NCBI GenBank assembly: GCA_051294905.1 | Contig: CM119371.1 | Location: 1,924,001 to 1,988,000, forward strand | From: Botryllus schlosseri | Taxonomy: Eukaryota | Direction of reading: 5' to 3' | DNA length: 64,000 bases | Shown: in pieces, positions 28,301 to 39,735 of the stretch | Layout of the letters: the number at the start of each line of letters is the position of its first letter | Numbering within the stretch: the stretch's first letter is position 1 | The notes under the pieces: model-generated | What the model was told of the DNA's origin: nothing | Seen by the model: the letters and a program-made list of their open reading frames with translations, nothing else | Database searches by the model: none | Translations under genes and position numbers: made by a program

Positions 28301-31300
28301 AATTCCAACCACTAGAAAGGAAGTTATTGCAGTAGAAAAATTTCCAATTCCATGATTTTATAAGAAATAATTATTGCTTTCAATTCAACATCCATTGTAG
28401 TGCAATATTTAAACTCAAATACTTCCCGGCACTCTAAAGGGATTTAAATGGATTTAGAAGCAACACCAAATCTATTTAACTCCCTTCAGTGTGCCGTTAA
28501 CTCTTGAAAGAGGCAAAAAAAAGTCTTCGAGTTTAATAAATATTCTACTACGATGGATTTTGTATTGAAAGCTATATTCAAGTTCTGTTTGAATAAATAA
28601 GTAAAGAGTTAGCTACCTTAAAACTGTTTTATTCGAATCCAAATTTTTCTACCACAATAACTTCGCTTCTAGTGGTTGTAATCGAGCCACATTTGGTGTG
28701 CATCGTCTCTACTGACAGCCCAACAATTTTATGTTGTTGACCGAAAAATTTTAAAATTTAATTTTTTTAATGATAAATCCAAAATTTTCTACTGCAAGAA
28801 AATCGCTTCTAGTGGGTGCAATTGACCCAAATATGGTGTGCAGCGTTGTTTTCGCCAACCTAACAATTTTACAACATATCCGAAGAAATCTGAAGGTTTT
28901 TTGAACAGCCCTAATGCAAAGAATGTATGTATAATGCTTCCTATCGCGACTATGGCGTCTCCAATCACGTGTGATTGTCACGTCACAAGTCTACGCATAC
29001 CCACAGTGGCTTGTTAGTACACAACGAAATCATATAATCGATCTCACTTCCCAATCCAATTTTCCAGATAGCGATTCAATCCGACGATGTCCGAGAAGTG
29101 AGCGTAGTGCTGTTGCTGAGAAATTATTGAGACGTAAATTCACTTTCTTCACCTGTAATGATGAATGAAATATGAATACAATGTCTTCCAATATCATGTC
29201 AAACCAACACAACTTTGCACAGACTTATTCAGGGCATATTATGGAAGCTGAGTATGTTCAACATCATTGCGATCCCCATAATAAAAGCAAACGACCCTAG
29301 GTTTAGAGCCACGGTCTTTTACTAATCCATTCAAACGGCTTCAATCAATTCTAGGAATACACCGTACTCTATAATTAAGATTATGATTTGATTTCAGTGA
29401 ATCATGGCTAATTTTAGTAACTATAGATTTCATTTTTGCGAGCGAGGCGGCAGCAGTAGGATTAACTGTAATTTGTAATTGAGCTGCATGTACTTACTTA
29501 ATTTTTTCATGTTATTTTAATTGTCATTGAAGCATTTCTATTCCGTGCATTGTAATTGTAATTTGATAAAAATTATACTAATTACAATTTCAATAGCATT
29601 GTTATTGAAACCTGACAATCACAACATGAAATAATTAGCCCATTAACATGGGTGTTCTATGCGTACCTTGTTAACTAATTCAGCCATACTAAACTGTTTC
29701 CCATAGGCCAACTTCAGCCCGAACAGAAAACTTGGTGAATTACAATATAGACTATTGAACAAAATGTTACTATTTCATAAATGGACGAAAAGAAAAGAAA
29801 CTCTTCTGTAACCTGTGCTGAACCATTTCCTACACCACGGTCAGTGTTTTTTTTTTTAAATCTCCTTCCAGTACTGAGTCTTGCTGCAGCAATTGCAAAA
29901 AGAAATTCAAGTTTTCAACCAAGACTTCATCACGCTTGATCACACATTTGTAGAGATGTTATCCCAGTCTTACCTCCTATCTTAGCTTAATTTACTGGGG
30001 CCAGAAACTTTCCGCATCCTAATGTTCATCAAATGCAGTCGAACAGTTTGGAGCAAGTGAAAATGTAACTGCGAACCAAAATTTTGTAATTGGTACTTAT
30101 GAGAAGCTTCTTTACTTTTGCATTTATTTTAATCTCACACACATTATCGGTATCATCCTTATTGCCTTACCAATTACATTTCATTCACCTTACTCAGCTC
30201 TGAGTATTAGTTCGAGTACATTTCATTGACTGTCTTGTATCCTATTCGCTATTAGTCGTTGCCAGTCGCTCGAACTGTTGATTGTTAGTAGTAGCTCATA
30301 AAAATTTTATTTTTTCATATTTTTCAGAGCTCATGATTAGGAATACTTTGAATAAGTTCAAGTTTGTTTTTTTTTCTAATTAAAGGGTATTCTACGTAAT
30401 ATGAATCATGAATGAAACATGAATAGCTTGAGATTGTTGCTAAATACGCTGCTACAGTTGTTAAAGAGCACCTCTCTACCGAATCAGTCAGACTTTTACA
30501 AGTAATTGTAATTATAATTGTACTGACTTACATGTTTAACAGTAATTGTTATTGTAGTCGGTGTTCTAAAGACTCGAGTTACGGTTTCCTGATGACTCGA
30601 CTTGACTCGAGTCATTTTTGCAAAATTCCGAAATCCCTCGACTCAACTCTAGTCAATCTGTGTATTGACTCGACTTGGACTCGATTTATTACCCATGACT
30701 CGAACCACGTCATATGACTCGAGACTCAGACGGCCAAGATCGTCATTTTATTGTAATTTCAAAGAATAGTTAAGTGACCACACAATTGTGATTTCGTCTA
30801 TGGGTACTGGTACTTGAAGATGCGACCAGAAACTGCTTCAAGTGAGGAAAATTAATATATTATGAATGCGAACCATTCGATATCAACAAACTGGGTTATA
30901 ATAAGTGGGTTACCAAGACGTTAACCGGAATTTGAGCCGTCAACATGATGACTTGGACTCGAGTCATAATGCCATGACTCGGACTCTGATCGCTGACTGG
31001 GACTCGGTGATGAATACAAAATGACTGGACTTGACTCAAGTCAAAACTATGAAAATGAGATTAACTCGTTACTCGGAGCCTCGGTGACTAGGTTAAAACC
31101 CTGATGGTGGTTGGAATTTGATATTTTTAGCATAGACTAATTGTAATCATATGTAATTAAAACATGCAATAAATTAATTGTAATTGAAATTGAATTGAAT
31201 TACTGCGGAGGTGGCCCTATATTTAATTTATTACAAAGTGCCAAGAAGAAATTTCAGTAGCATAAATCTGCTATTATTGTTTATGTTTATATGGAAAAGA

Positions 31301-34300
31301 TATTGAGGGTACTTCAAGCCTTTAAGATAATTGACTTTATATTTAAAAATTATCTTCCAGACACAACGTGAGCAGTGAGATTCCGAACATGTCCAGGAAA
31401 ATCCAGACGTATACTAATCAGTGTTGGGATCAAGTCACAACCTTCGAGTCACGAGTCATCTCGAGTCTTTGCCCATATTGACTCGAGTCAAGTCAAGTCA
31501 ATCGATTTTCAAAGGTGACTCGAGTCAAGTCAAGTCACTCGTTTTTTGGAGGTGACTCGAGTCAAGTCAAGTCACGAGTCAAGTCAAAATTCAAGCCAAA
31601 TTGAATTTTCGAAATATGAGTCATGATGAAAAATCATTACATTTCGCTAACTGGATTAAGGACAGATGAATTGGCCATTTATCTTGGATCAAATAACGAC
31701 TATAAAGTTAAATATACATGCAAAACGATGTTGGAGCACTCACGCAAACGCAGAACTGCTAATAAAATACGCGAGTAATTGTATCGTTAAATGCAATGCT
31801 CCCTCTAAGCTGCGCACGTGCGCAAATGCGCAGTACTTTCACGGTCTCTGCGAACAGAAAATCTAAGTTGCGCACAAAAGTGATGACCTTTTCTTTAGTC
31901 GTTACGCACTTTTTTTAAAAAGTCTGCGCAGTGAGTTGGCGAGTGTGCGCAGACTCGTCAAAAATTAGAGGGGACATTGGTTACATGCTACAGTATGATT
32001 TTATCGGCTAATATAGAGGAATGAATACGAATCCTCGAGAAGTTGAAGGAATGGATTTGGTACAATACTCTGCCAAACTACACAACCGTGAGAATATAAA
32101 CGCGTAAACTATTTTCGTTCGATTTATATCAAACAAGATGGCTGGTAAGGTGAGCACATCCGCAATGTAGGCACAAAGCCGTCTAAGAAACAAGATACAC
32201 GTTGCGATTAGATTAATCTATTTCTACTACGATAACGTAAGCTGTGATTGTTTCGTTAGCGGTCAAAATATTTGCGATGTGACAATGGAGGATAAGTGAA
32301 ACGTACAATCAGCGAATGACTGGTTGCTTTTAGAAGTGCATGACACGGGCGTATCGCGAACAACCCGGACATACATAAGATATGGTTATTTAATCGACAC
32401 AGTTTACTTGATGACTTGAAATTGACTCGTGAATTTTGCTCCGAGTCACGAGTCAATCCTCATTTCTGAAGCGCCGAGTCAAGTCAAGTCAAGTCATTTT
32501 TGCAAAGTGACTCGAGTCAAGTAAAGTCACACGAAAAAGGTGACTCGAGTCTGACTCGAGTCAAGTCATGACTCGAGTCATCCCAACACTGATACTAATA
32601 TACTAATAACTTGAGAATTTCTGACATTCATTCGTGCGCTCATTTTTCAACAAGAGCAATGTCAATATAATGCATCAATGCGTTAGGATAATACCCACAC
32701 CGCACTGCAATGATCTAAATAAGTGGTGTCAAAGAAAACGAATGTTTAGTAATATTCGTAGGTCAAATTATACCCACTCTAGTGGCGAAATGTGCGCACT
32801 GAGTTCACAGGTTTGTGTAAAAATGTATCGCAAAGTTGCTCTTCATAGAAGCGAGAACACAATGCAAAATCGTTATATGCAGGTCACACAGACATTAAAA
32901 AAGTGACAAAATATGGTGTTAATATCTGTTTTCGCAGCGCTATATCAGTTTTTTGTCAAACGGTCCCTGGCCCCCACAGAAACCCGTAACGGGATTGAAT
33001 ATTGATGAATCAAATTCCAACGTCACTGTTTATAGTTAAATCTATCTTATTCCTCACAACGTATAGTCAGGGCGAACGTCAGACAAGAATTGAAACAATA
33101 AGAGAGCGTAGAAGCATACCAACTTATACCGTCGTTGGGGCCACTGCTTCAGTGGTTCATATATCTATTCAAATCGCAAATTGTACTTTTGCCAAATTCA
33201 TTGTTTGCGAATAAAATTGTTACTAGATTAGAACTTATATGATCCGTCAAATAATGTAACATCTTATTATGTACACCAGCTATGATTAAGTAGTACAGTG
33301 ACCAAAAACGGCATTGGAATTCGAATTAACATTTTGGAATAGTTTGACTGGTCCGGTCCACGAGCGACTATAATGTTTGAATCCGGCCAGCTACCCAAGA
33401 TGAGTTTGACACCCCTGATCTAAATCCTATCCTCATATCGAGATGATTCTATTCAGACGCCAGCATTAAATAGGAATTATGTCTGAAGATGGAAAAACTG
33501 AAGTTCGATGCACGATGCGATTTTAGTTGCTTTTTTTCAAGTCACTATTAGTATACTGCTGGAAGTCACGCTAGTTATAATGGATAACCTTGAGCTCGCA
33601 TGTTGATTATACGGTCCGTGGACATGGCACTCACTTGGACCAGACATGGGACTTACAATATACCAATATACCGAGTCAATTATAAATTTAGTGGTGTTTT
33701 GTGCCTAAACTCACAAGTAGCCTTTTTTCCAGACACCCCGTAATGATCGACAAAAGCTCATCATTGATCTTGCAGTCGTACAAATCCAAGCTCTTCAGAC
33801 TTTCACCCCTTGCTACAAGCGATCCGACGATATGAGCCTCATCACGACTCAATAAGATGAAAGATGCATCGACATCGGAAATTTGTCTGATAAGATCGCT
33901 GTCTCCTGATTCATAGATTGCTGTATAGAGTTCCATGTGAACGTGACCGTTGTTGTCATTCTCCTTGAGATGCGAGCGCATCGATCCAGCGAGAAAACGT
34001 TTTTTAAGCGACCGAGTCGAGACTGTTGAGCAAATAATGCACCTCACTATACACGATATTACAATCGAGTAAAGGGAAACCACAGTTCTCACAGAAGAAG
34101 AGCAAAGTGGACGGATTGAATGCATCTTTGCCAAGAAATTGTAGACTCGGACACCTGTTTTCACAACGACACAATGAATCTAAGACGTTATGTCATTGTA
34201 GTGAAATATAGAACCTAAAGTCGCATCGTTAAAATTTCCAATTATCTGTCGCAGATTTTTCGGCTACTTGCGTGACTTAATGTACACAGACCGACAGAAT

Positions 34301-37300
34301 ATGAAGCAGTTCTGACTGGATTGATCTTTTACTGCATTGTCTTGGGACCATATTGCGACAAAGCATGGATTCAATAAGCTCATTGGATCCGTGCCCACCA
34401 TACGGTCATGCGTTTAAGATTGATTTTTCTCCCAAGATTCAAAACAGTGGTACGAAGTAGTACGAAGGTGCGCACGCTATCAGAAATGACATTTTTGTGA
34501 GGTCTTGAAAAAACTACAGCATCGTCACTAAATCCAATATGGTTGGTATGACCAAAAATATTAAATAATGGTCATATTATGGACGCAGTACTATTTTTGT
34601 GGCTTTGCGTATCATACAGCCAGTGGTGGTGTCAGCGTGCTCAACTGGTCTTATAACAAATCTAATGACAGTAGCGGTCGGCCGATATTGATTTTTGCCG
34701 GCCGATACCGATGATCGACACACTCACAAAGCCGATAACCGATATCATTGGCGGATATTAATTTGACAGGAGCAGAGAACCATTTTGATAAAAATAATAT
34801 ATATCAAGCATGATTGCACTTGTACATGCCACAGAAAGCTGAACAACAAACGAGAAAAATGAAATTAGAATGAAATATTGGTCGATTGTGTCCATTTATT
34901 GAAATTTGGGGTAACCCGATAAGCAAAACATGATACAGAACTGCTGATCAGTCAAGTAGAGGTAGCTTGTAATGTAGGGAGGCATACCTTTTCCTGCATG
35001 CTCACCCAGTTAAACTCGTCCTGCGAGGCTAAATCTGTCATGTATCGCCTTTTGCGTTGCCGATTTCTTGAGATTGAAAACACGGAGCATTGAATTTACA
35101 ATATTTTTTAATTTGTTTTATAAATAAATATCAGCCGTGATGCCAGCATTTCATGGGCTGATATCGATAATCAGGAAGGCTCCAAATATCGGCCTCGATA
35201 ATCGGAAGGATTATAATCGGTCGACCTCTAACTAATAGATTCGAAACTCCAGTCGTTACGCTGGAATCCACAATGCTGAGCATGTCGATAAAATCATAAT
35301 TAATACTACTATAGTGGCGACTAGGGTCTTTATTTTAACTGATGTCAATCGAAAACAGATTTTGAAAATATAAATCAGAGCAATAGCACTGAAAGTCATG
35401 AAATCGGTATTACTTAAAAACAAGCGATCGAACGGCCACAACACACTCACAATACCAATAGGCTGGCCAATTGTGAGGAATCACGGTTAGTAATCAAAAA
35501 CTGGACGCAAAGCCTAACACTCAGTTCAGAATTGAATCACTCCAATACTGGATACATGACCAAACCACACTCGATCATAGGGACGGATAGTTTCCAGCCT
35601 TGTGTTAAATGGGTATTTTCTTACGGATTCATACTCTGCAACACAATTTTTCAAGTAACTCGCCAGCACGCTTTGTCTCTATGCCCCTGGCAAATGAATG
35701 TCGGCAATCGAAGATGAGATCTAACCGTTAAGCTTACAATTGTTATCTCGCGGAAATGTCAGACAGATACACCAGTTTGTTGAATGATTTATATAGTAGA
35801 CTTCCAAAAAATAGGAAAATATGACATAGTCATGAAAGTGTCATTAAAAATATCACTGTAATATAATTATGTTATACGGTTTTGCAATTTACGTATGACG
35901 CTTACGGTTTACCGCATTCAATCCGCCTTAAAATCGAATCGATGTTGTTCTCGGCAAACGTATTCAGGAGATAAATATGATCCTTCTACAGTGAATCATG
36001 CGAATGTATCGGGGTTATTAAACCAAGGTAAAGCTACTTGTTCCATAACTGTCCGTTTTACGACTTCCAAATTATTGAGTGTAGCAGGAACACAATACCT
36101 TCTCGAGAAAAGTTACCTGCATCACGACAAACTATACTGGCCGATAGACTCACCTTCATGAAGGTTATCCGATGTTTCGTCGTAAATGATGCCGCACACG
36201 AATCTGCGGACGACCGACCATCGCTCTTTGTGCATGTGTTTAGAGTTGAAGCTCATGAACTTAGGAAGCGTCATTTCGACTACAAAGCACGCAGCGAGGA
36301 ATTCTTGCAGACTTTGATGACAGAAGAAGAAAATGAAATCACCTTCCAATAGATTGCAACTGATGAGTTTGTTTCCTGGAACCTTCATCATGAGATCTTG
36401 AACTTCGTCTGTTGAAATTCCAAACATTCCCAAATCAATAATAGAGAATGTCACTCTCCCTTCTTTCATGCCACGATATGCCATGGCTTTCAATTTATTG
36501 ATAACTTCTGCGATAGCATCAGCCGTTCTAATGTTTTCTATGCTGCTTAAAGTGGATATAATTTTTTTGTAGAGTCCTGTGACAGTCTTAGGAGGAGGTT
36601 CGTTCGGATTCTTGGCCATGATCATTGCGGTTAAGACCAGAAAAACGGGAATGGAAACTAAATTGATCAGCCTTGGTGACATGGTTTCTATCTTCTGCCA
36701 TGCTTCATCCCCATGCTGACGTATCAGAAACACAAAAAGTTTCTTTGCGTCATCTAGGGTCAGACCAGAGAGTGTGACGATGTCGGCAGGCCGAGCTTTC
36801 GCGGGCAAATCCGAGACTTGGAATTCCCGGGAAGAGAAGACAATCTTTGTATCAGCGAGTAGATTACGTGAGAGGATATTGTACATGATCGTTGCTGCTT
36901 CGGCTGGAGTATAGGGATTTATGTTCTTGTCACCATCTCTGTTAATTTTCCAAGTAGCCTGATCCAAGCCGTCGAAAAATAATACTGCCTCTGATTGATT
37001 TTTGAGCAACCACTGGAATGCATGTTCCTCGTCGATCTCATCCTGGAAGAGGCCACCGAAGAGAAATTTAGATGGCTTCATGGATCCTTCCTCTCGCATT
37101 CCTTTTATTTCTATATAAGATATTAATTTGTACTTGAGCTTGGGGGGGCTAATTGCATCCGTATTTGTTAGTGAATGGCCCAAAGTTCTTCTAGCGATTC
37201 TGCGCATGAGAGTGGTTTTCCCAGATCCTGCAGACGCAACTATAGCGGTGATAGAACTTTCCCCGATGATAACTTGTTGCAAAACTTCATCTAGCTTGAT

Positions 37301-37593
37301 GAATTTGTTGTCGTCAACGTTTTGTCGAAGGAATCCGAACTCCTTTCTGAATTGATTTTTCACCACCTCTTTCTTTTGCCAGAAGAATAATTTTCTTTTT
37401 ACTGCTACTTCCATTTCGTGCACCTCTTCATAATTGCCTTTGAAATATTCCGACTTTGTGACTCTTCTCATCTGGGGATGTACTTGGAAATCAGGTTTGC
37501 TGAGGTCGTCGGCGCCGATGTCCTCGAGGATTCTGTCCGCCGTCTTTTGAAACGCATTATCGTTTATGCATTTTATCAGGGCTGAAGCTTTTT
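4162..37593 (-). CDS. Multi-exon NLR-like gene (NACHT + divergent LRR); 5' end not identified
   Basis: Exons 37593-36154, 34022-33715, 29152-29048, 26624-26523, 25518-25372, 21466-21365, 20264-20166, 19269-19123, 15170-15066, 13146-13018, 11692-11543, 9256-9164, 9031-8864 and 4383-4162 all have AG acceptors and (except the last) GT donors. They join in one frame (3317 nt, ~1100 aa) ending at TAG 4162-4164. Confidence 0.75.
4504..5122. mobile_element. Near-perfect fold-back hAT-like MITE
   Basis: TAGGGTGGTTCAAAAATAACC termini; perfect 8-bp TSD TTGGACGG. Confidence 0.93.
5392..7812. mobile_element. Fold-back hAT-like element (TAGGGGTG ends, ~450-bp arms)
   Basis: TSD AGGAGCAC / GGGAGCAC; arms ~5392-5850 and ~7355-7812. 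Confidence 0.8.
6517..7349. mobile_element. Tc1/mariner-like non-autonomous element (TA TSD)
   Basis: TA|CCGTAATTTTCC...GGAAAATTACGG|TA; related copy at 38280-39076. Confidence 0.8.
8864..9031 (-). CDS. NLR 3' exon (LDLLDIAVNG...EDCQRKK)
   Basis: cattttag| ... AAG|gtagta; 168 nt, phase 0/0. Confidence 0.62.
9164..9256 (-). CDS. NLR 3' exon (ISKIVLDCTEEEENIWSMDWSMIETCWKKYQ)
   Basis: gtgttcag| ... CAA|gtacga; 93 nt, phase 0/0. Confidence 0.6.
10063..10353. mobile_element. Short TAGGGT-ended MITE (degenerate)
   Basis: TAGGGTTAACC / GGTGACCCTA ends; related fragments at ~5340-8090 and ~23280. Confidence 0.55.
11543..11692 (-). CDS. Exon Y, copy A (ESTLSFK...FVKLIEEL...EYKVKK)
   Basis: ctttattttcgcag| ... 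AAG|gtctgg; 150 nt; many conservative amino-acid changes relative to copies B and C. Confidence 0.62.
13018..13146 (-). CDS. Exon X, copy A (VVKMTVGEEWGEWVELKNEEDVIKIRESHIFFEDTIDGHFNIK)
   Basis: attcag| ... AAG|gtttga; 129 nt; indels relative to the other copies preserve the frame. Confidence 0.6.
14102..14921. mobile_element. Degenerate TAGGG-type fold-back MITE (same site as 28061-28913)
   Basis: Homologous sequence and flanks; right end TTTGAACAGCCCTG. Confidence 0.7.
15066..15170 (-). CDS. LRR exon W, copy A (VKEVDLRHNEVPATALRSLLGHRRIESLSGKLDWE)
   Basis: ttccag| ... GAA|gtaaga; 105 nt, phase 0/0. Confidence 0.75.
19123..19269 (-). CDS. Exon Y, copy B
   Basis: ctttattttcacag| ... AAG|gttggt; 147 nt, phase 0/0; one amino-acid difference from copy C. 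Confidence 0.65.
20166..20264 (-). CDS. Exon X, copy B (VVKLSVDGRNVELKNEEDVIKISGGMEGHFDIK)
   Basis: attcag| ... AAG|gttgga; 99 nt, phase 0/0. Confidence 0.6.
21365..21466 (-). CDS. LRR exon W, copy B (LKEVDLRGNVSATALRSLLGHRRIGSLSGKLDWE)
   Basis: ttccag| ... GAA|gtgaga; 102 nt, phase 0/0. Confidence 0.75.
25372..25518 (-). CDS. Exon Y, copy C (DSSLSFK...FVKLIEKL...EYRIEK)
   Basis: Strong acceptor ctttattttcacag|; donor AAG|gttggt; 147 nt, phase 0/0. Confidence 0.65.
26523..26624 (-). CDS. Exon X, copy C (VVNLTVDGGDVELKNEKDVIKISGDGIEGHLDFK)
   Basis: attcag| ... AAG|gttgga; 102 nt, phase 0/0; frame preserved in all three copies. Confidence 0.6.
27080..27594. mobile_element. MITE with TAGGGCT(G/A)GGCA ends, specific to repeat copy C
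   Basis: Inverted ends; interrupts sequence that is contiguous in copies A and B; TSD imperfect. Confidence 0.65.
28061..28913. mobile_element. TAGGG-type fold-back MITE
   Basis: TAGGGTCGTTCAAAAA / TTTTTGAACAGCCCTA; TSD ATGCAGAG / ATGCAAAG. Confidence 0.78.
29048..29152 (-). CDS. LRR exon W, copy C (VKKVNLRLNNFSATALRSLLGHRRIESLSGKLDWE)
   Basis: ttacag| ... GAA|gtgaga; 105 nt, phase 0/0; LxxLxLxxNxL-like motif. Confidence 0.75.
31419..32591. mobile_element. hAT-like element with GACTCGAGTC / CAAGT subterminal repeats
   Basis: TIR CAGTGTTGGGAT; 8-bp TSD ATACTAAT; related ends at ~17570-17723, ~23780-23965 and ~30555-31100. Confidence 0.9.
31794..31979. mobile_element. Small hAT-like MITE nested in 31419-32591
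   Basis: CAATGCTCCCTCTAA / TTAGAGGGGACATTG; TSD GTTAAATG / GTTACATG. Confidence 0.7.
33715..34022 (-). CDS. NLR exon: post-NACHT helical region and first LRR
   Basis: Acceptor ctcaacag|TC matches the phase-1 donor of the NACHT exon. Encodes ...ELYTAIYESGD...LKSLDLYDCKINDELL (LxxLxLxxCxL). Donor CTT|gtgagt. Confidence 0.85.
34672..35230. mobile_element. Degenerate MITE with TAG(A/C)GGTCG(A/G)CCGAT ends
   Basis: Inverted ends plus CCGATA subterminal repeats; TSD not intact. Confidence 0.6.
36154..37593 (-). CDS. NACHT NTPase exon of NLR-like gene
   Basis: Within the 499-aa ORF: Walker A (ASAGSGKTTL), Walker B (VLFFDGLDQ), sensor-1-like FSSR, IPVFL, winged-helix FCHQSLQEFLAA, and WSVVRRFVCG. 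Acceptor ttccag|AA at 37593; donor GAAG|gtgagt at 36154; phase 1/1. Confidence 0.93.
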
Positions 37594-38279
37594 CTGGAAG
37601 ATAACAATATTTTTTGTTCAATATATTTTATGTATAGAAATGATCGGGCAAAAGCTATTACCTCTGTTTGGTAATATTTTATATAACCTAGAACCCAGGT
37701 ATTCAAGGAAGATATAGAGATTTATATTGTGAATATCGCAGAATCCAGTTCGGTAAGCCCGGTACCCCAAATTACCAAGATATCAATTCATTATGGTGGA
37801 GCACAGCATCGTAAATGCCGATAATGCAAGTCTATTCGTTTGCACGAACTTAACGCGAAAGCTCCACTCTCGCACCCACTCTCGGTAATGTCCATTCTCG
37901 GTAATGGTTTTCTCGGTATTGGTATAGAACCCCGTGCCCCCCCCCCCCCCCCATGCCCTGGTCTGCCGAGATTCCCCACTACTTGTTTACGACGTCAAAT
38001 TTTAGTGACTGTTTGTTATTATCTGCGTGTGCGCAGCGAGCTTGCGCGTAAGTAGAAGCGAGAAGACATGCATTATCGGCATTTACGGTTCTATACTATT
38101 ACCGGGAACGGCCAATGCCAGGAATCTAACTTACTGAGAGGACGTTGTCGAGAAATTTATTTCTCAGAATCGATACCAAATGCGGCAAAGCCGTCATGCA
38201 CATGTACATTCACACGACCTGTATATTAGGATCTTCAAAGATGACTTATTTTTCTTAAATCGCACTGTTAGGTTACCTC

Positions 38280-39076
38280 CCGTAATTTTCCATGTATAAT
38301 GCGCAAAGTTTTACCGATTTTCTGCCCTAAAATAGGGGGGTGCGTATTATACATGGGTACAACAAGCCTTGAAAAAAGTCTCCCTCAATCAAAAACTTGA
38401 AATCACACCTTTCGTCATGTCTGTTTCCGATCGCGCATTACCTCTAGCCATCGTGTCCCGTAATTCGTATTATTGAGTGTAACGCACTGCCAAATAGAGA
38501 AGCGTGTTGCCGATTGACGGAAAGCGTGTTGCCAAATAACGAGAATCGTCTGCACAGCGCCTCCTGAGTTAGTTAGCCGTTTGTACGCGAGCAAAATTAG
38601 GTTGCTGATTGCTACAAGCGTCCGCGGCAATCTTTGCAGTTTCATCGCGTCAACAACAGGCCTTAACAATCGCATACACAAGAGGCCATGTGCGCCAGAA
38701 ATAATCGCTGGCGTAATGAGTCGCATCTCCAACAGGACTGGTGCGCCCGACAAAACCGTTGGCCTGAGCAATCACATATGTAATTGTCGTGTGTCGCTAG
38801 CCTGAACTATCGCGTCGCCGGCTTTGGCTACAATCTACTCTCATTTAGAGACAATGCCGGTAATTGTATTATCATTCGCAATGGCTATGTCATGAATTTT
38901 GGACAGTGACATCGCAAAACAAAACACCATCGTGTACTGAATCACAACTTATCATGCACTGTGAATGCAGCGTGCGTACTATACATGGGTAGCCTACAGG
39001 CTTTTTCCAAGAATTTACATGCCATTTTAAGGGTGCGTATTATACATCGGGGCCCAACATATTCGGAAAATTACGG
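38280..39076. mobile_element. Second, inverted copy of the 6517-7349 element
   Basis: Same CCGTAATTTTCC termini; ORF-track peptides 6852 and 38415 are homologous. Confidence 0.8.
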
Positions 39077-39379
39077 TAATTTAAACCTACACACAAGATT
39101 CGGTTCAATTCCAGCCAATACCCGATTTGCTACTGGAGAAGAAAGTTTTTATTTATTATAATAAAATAGATATTTAGGAAATTGGAAATTTCTGTTCACC
39201 CCATGATTCAATTTCAACCGGTGGCAGCGAAGTAATTGCCGACGAAAAATTTGGATTTGAATAAAATAGTATTTACGACTATAATAAATAATTGAATTGG
39301 GTAACCTAACAATTTTATCAAGTAGCCAGTATAACGATTTGAGAAAAAAGGTCATTTGCAAGACTCCTACTCTTTATAT

Positions 39380-39400
39380 CAGGGGTCACCAACACGCGGC
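39380..39400 (+). mobile_element. End of a hAT-like MITE split by the Polinton-type insertion (continues at 60235)
   Basis: Rejoined sequence CAGGGGTCACCAACACGCGGC|CCGTCTGCGGCCTGCGA resembles the CAGGGG..CGGCCCG..TGCGGCC ends elsewhere in the window; the other end was not found. Confidence 0.55.
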
Positions 39401-39449
39401 AGTAGTATAGTAGATCGCACAGCCGGTGGCAGGGGCTCTTATGGGCGGG

Positions 39450-39735
39450 GTGGCGATTCGCCTGGAAACCCGGGGTGGCGATTCGCCTTTTTATACCCCC
39501 CCACTCTGGGCCGCGATTCGCCATGTGTTCTTATGGGTGCGGTCGTGATTCGCCTTTTCGGGTATAGGCTGCGGCGGTGAGGTGCCTGAAAACCCGGGGT
39601 GGTGACTCGCCTTTTTTGCTATAGGCCGCGGTCGTGATTCGCCGTGAAAACTCGTGGTCGTGACTCGTCTTTTTTGCTATAGGTGGTGGCGGTGATTCGC
39701 CATGTGTTCTTATGGGTGCGGTCGTGATTCGCACT
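39450..39735. repeat. GC-rich subterminal array of the (G)TGA(T/C)TCGCC / GCGATTCGCC motif (mirror at ~59895-60180)
   Basis: Motif recurs about every 25-30 bp (one longer gap); ~39-bp direct repeat at ~39515 and ~39694. Confidence 0.85.

Larger units (their letters stand above)
15000..29160. repeat. Tandem segmental repeats (~6.3-7.7 kb units) carrying the W-X-Y exon module; homology extends left to ~10750
   Basis: 15180-19770 and 21480-26000 are near-identical by eye; 13800-15180 matches 27780-29160; landmark exons recur three times. Boundaries are approximate. Confidence 0.9.

Noticed and set aside
39450..39735. CRISPR-like array (also considered for the 41-bp repeats at 51.7/54.6 kb and the GACTCGAGTC arrays)
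   Set aside because: Repeats are degenerate, lack unique spacers of regular length, have no cas genes nearby and sit in eukaryotic transposons.
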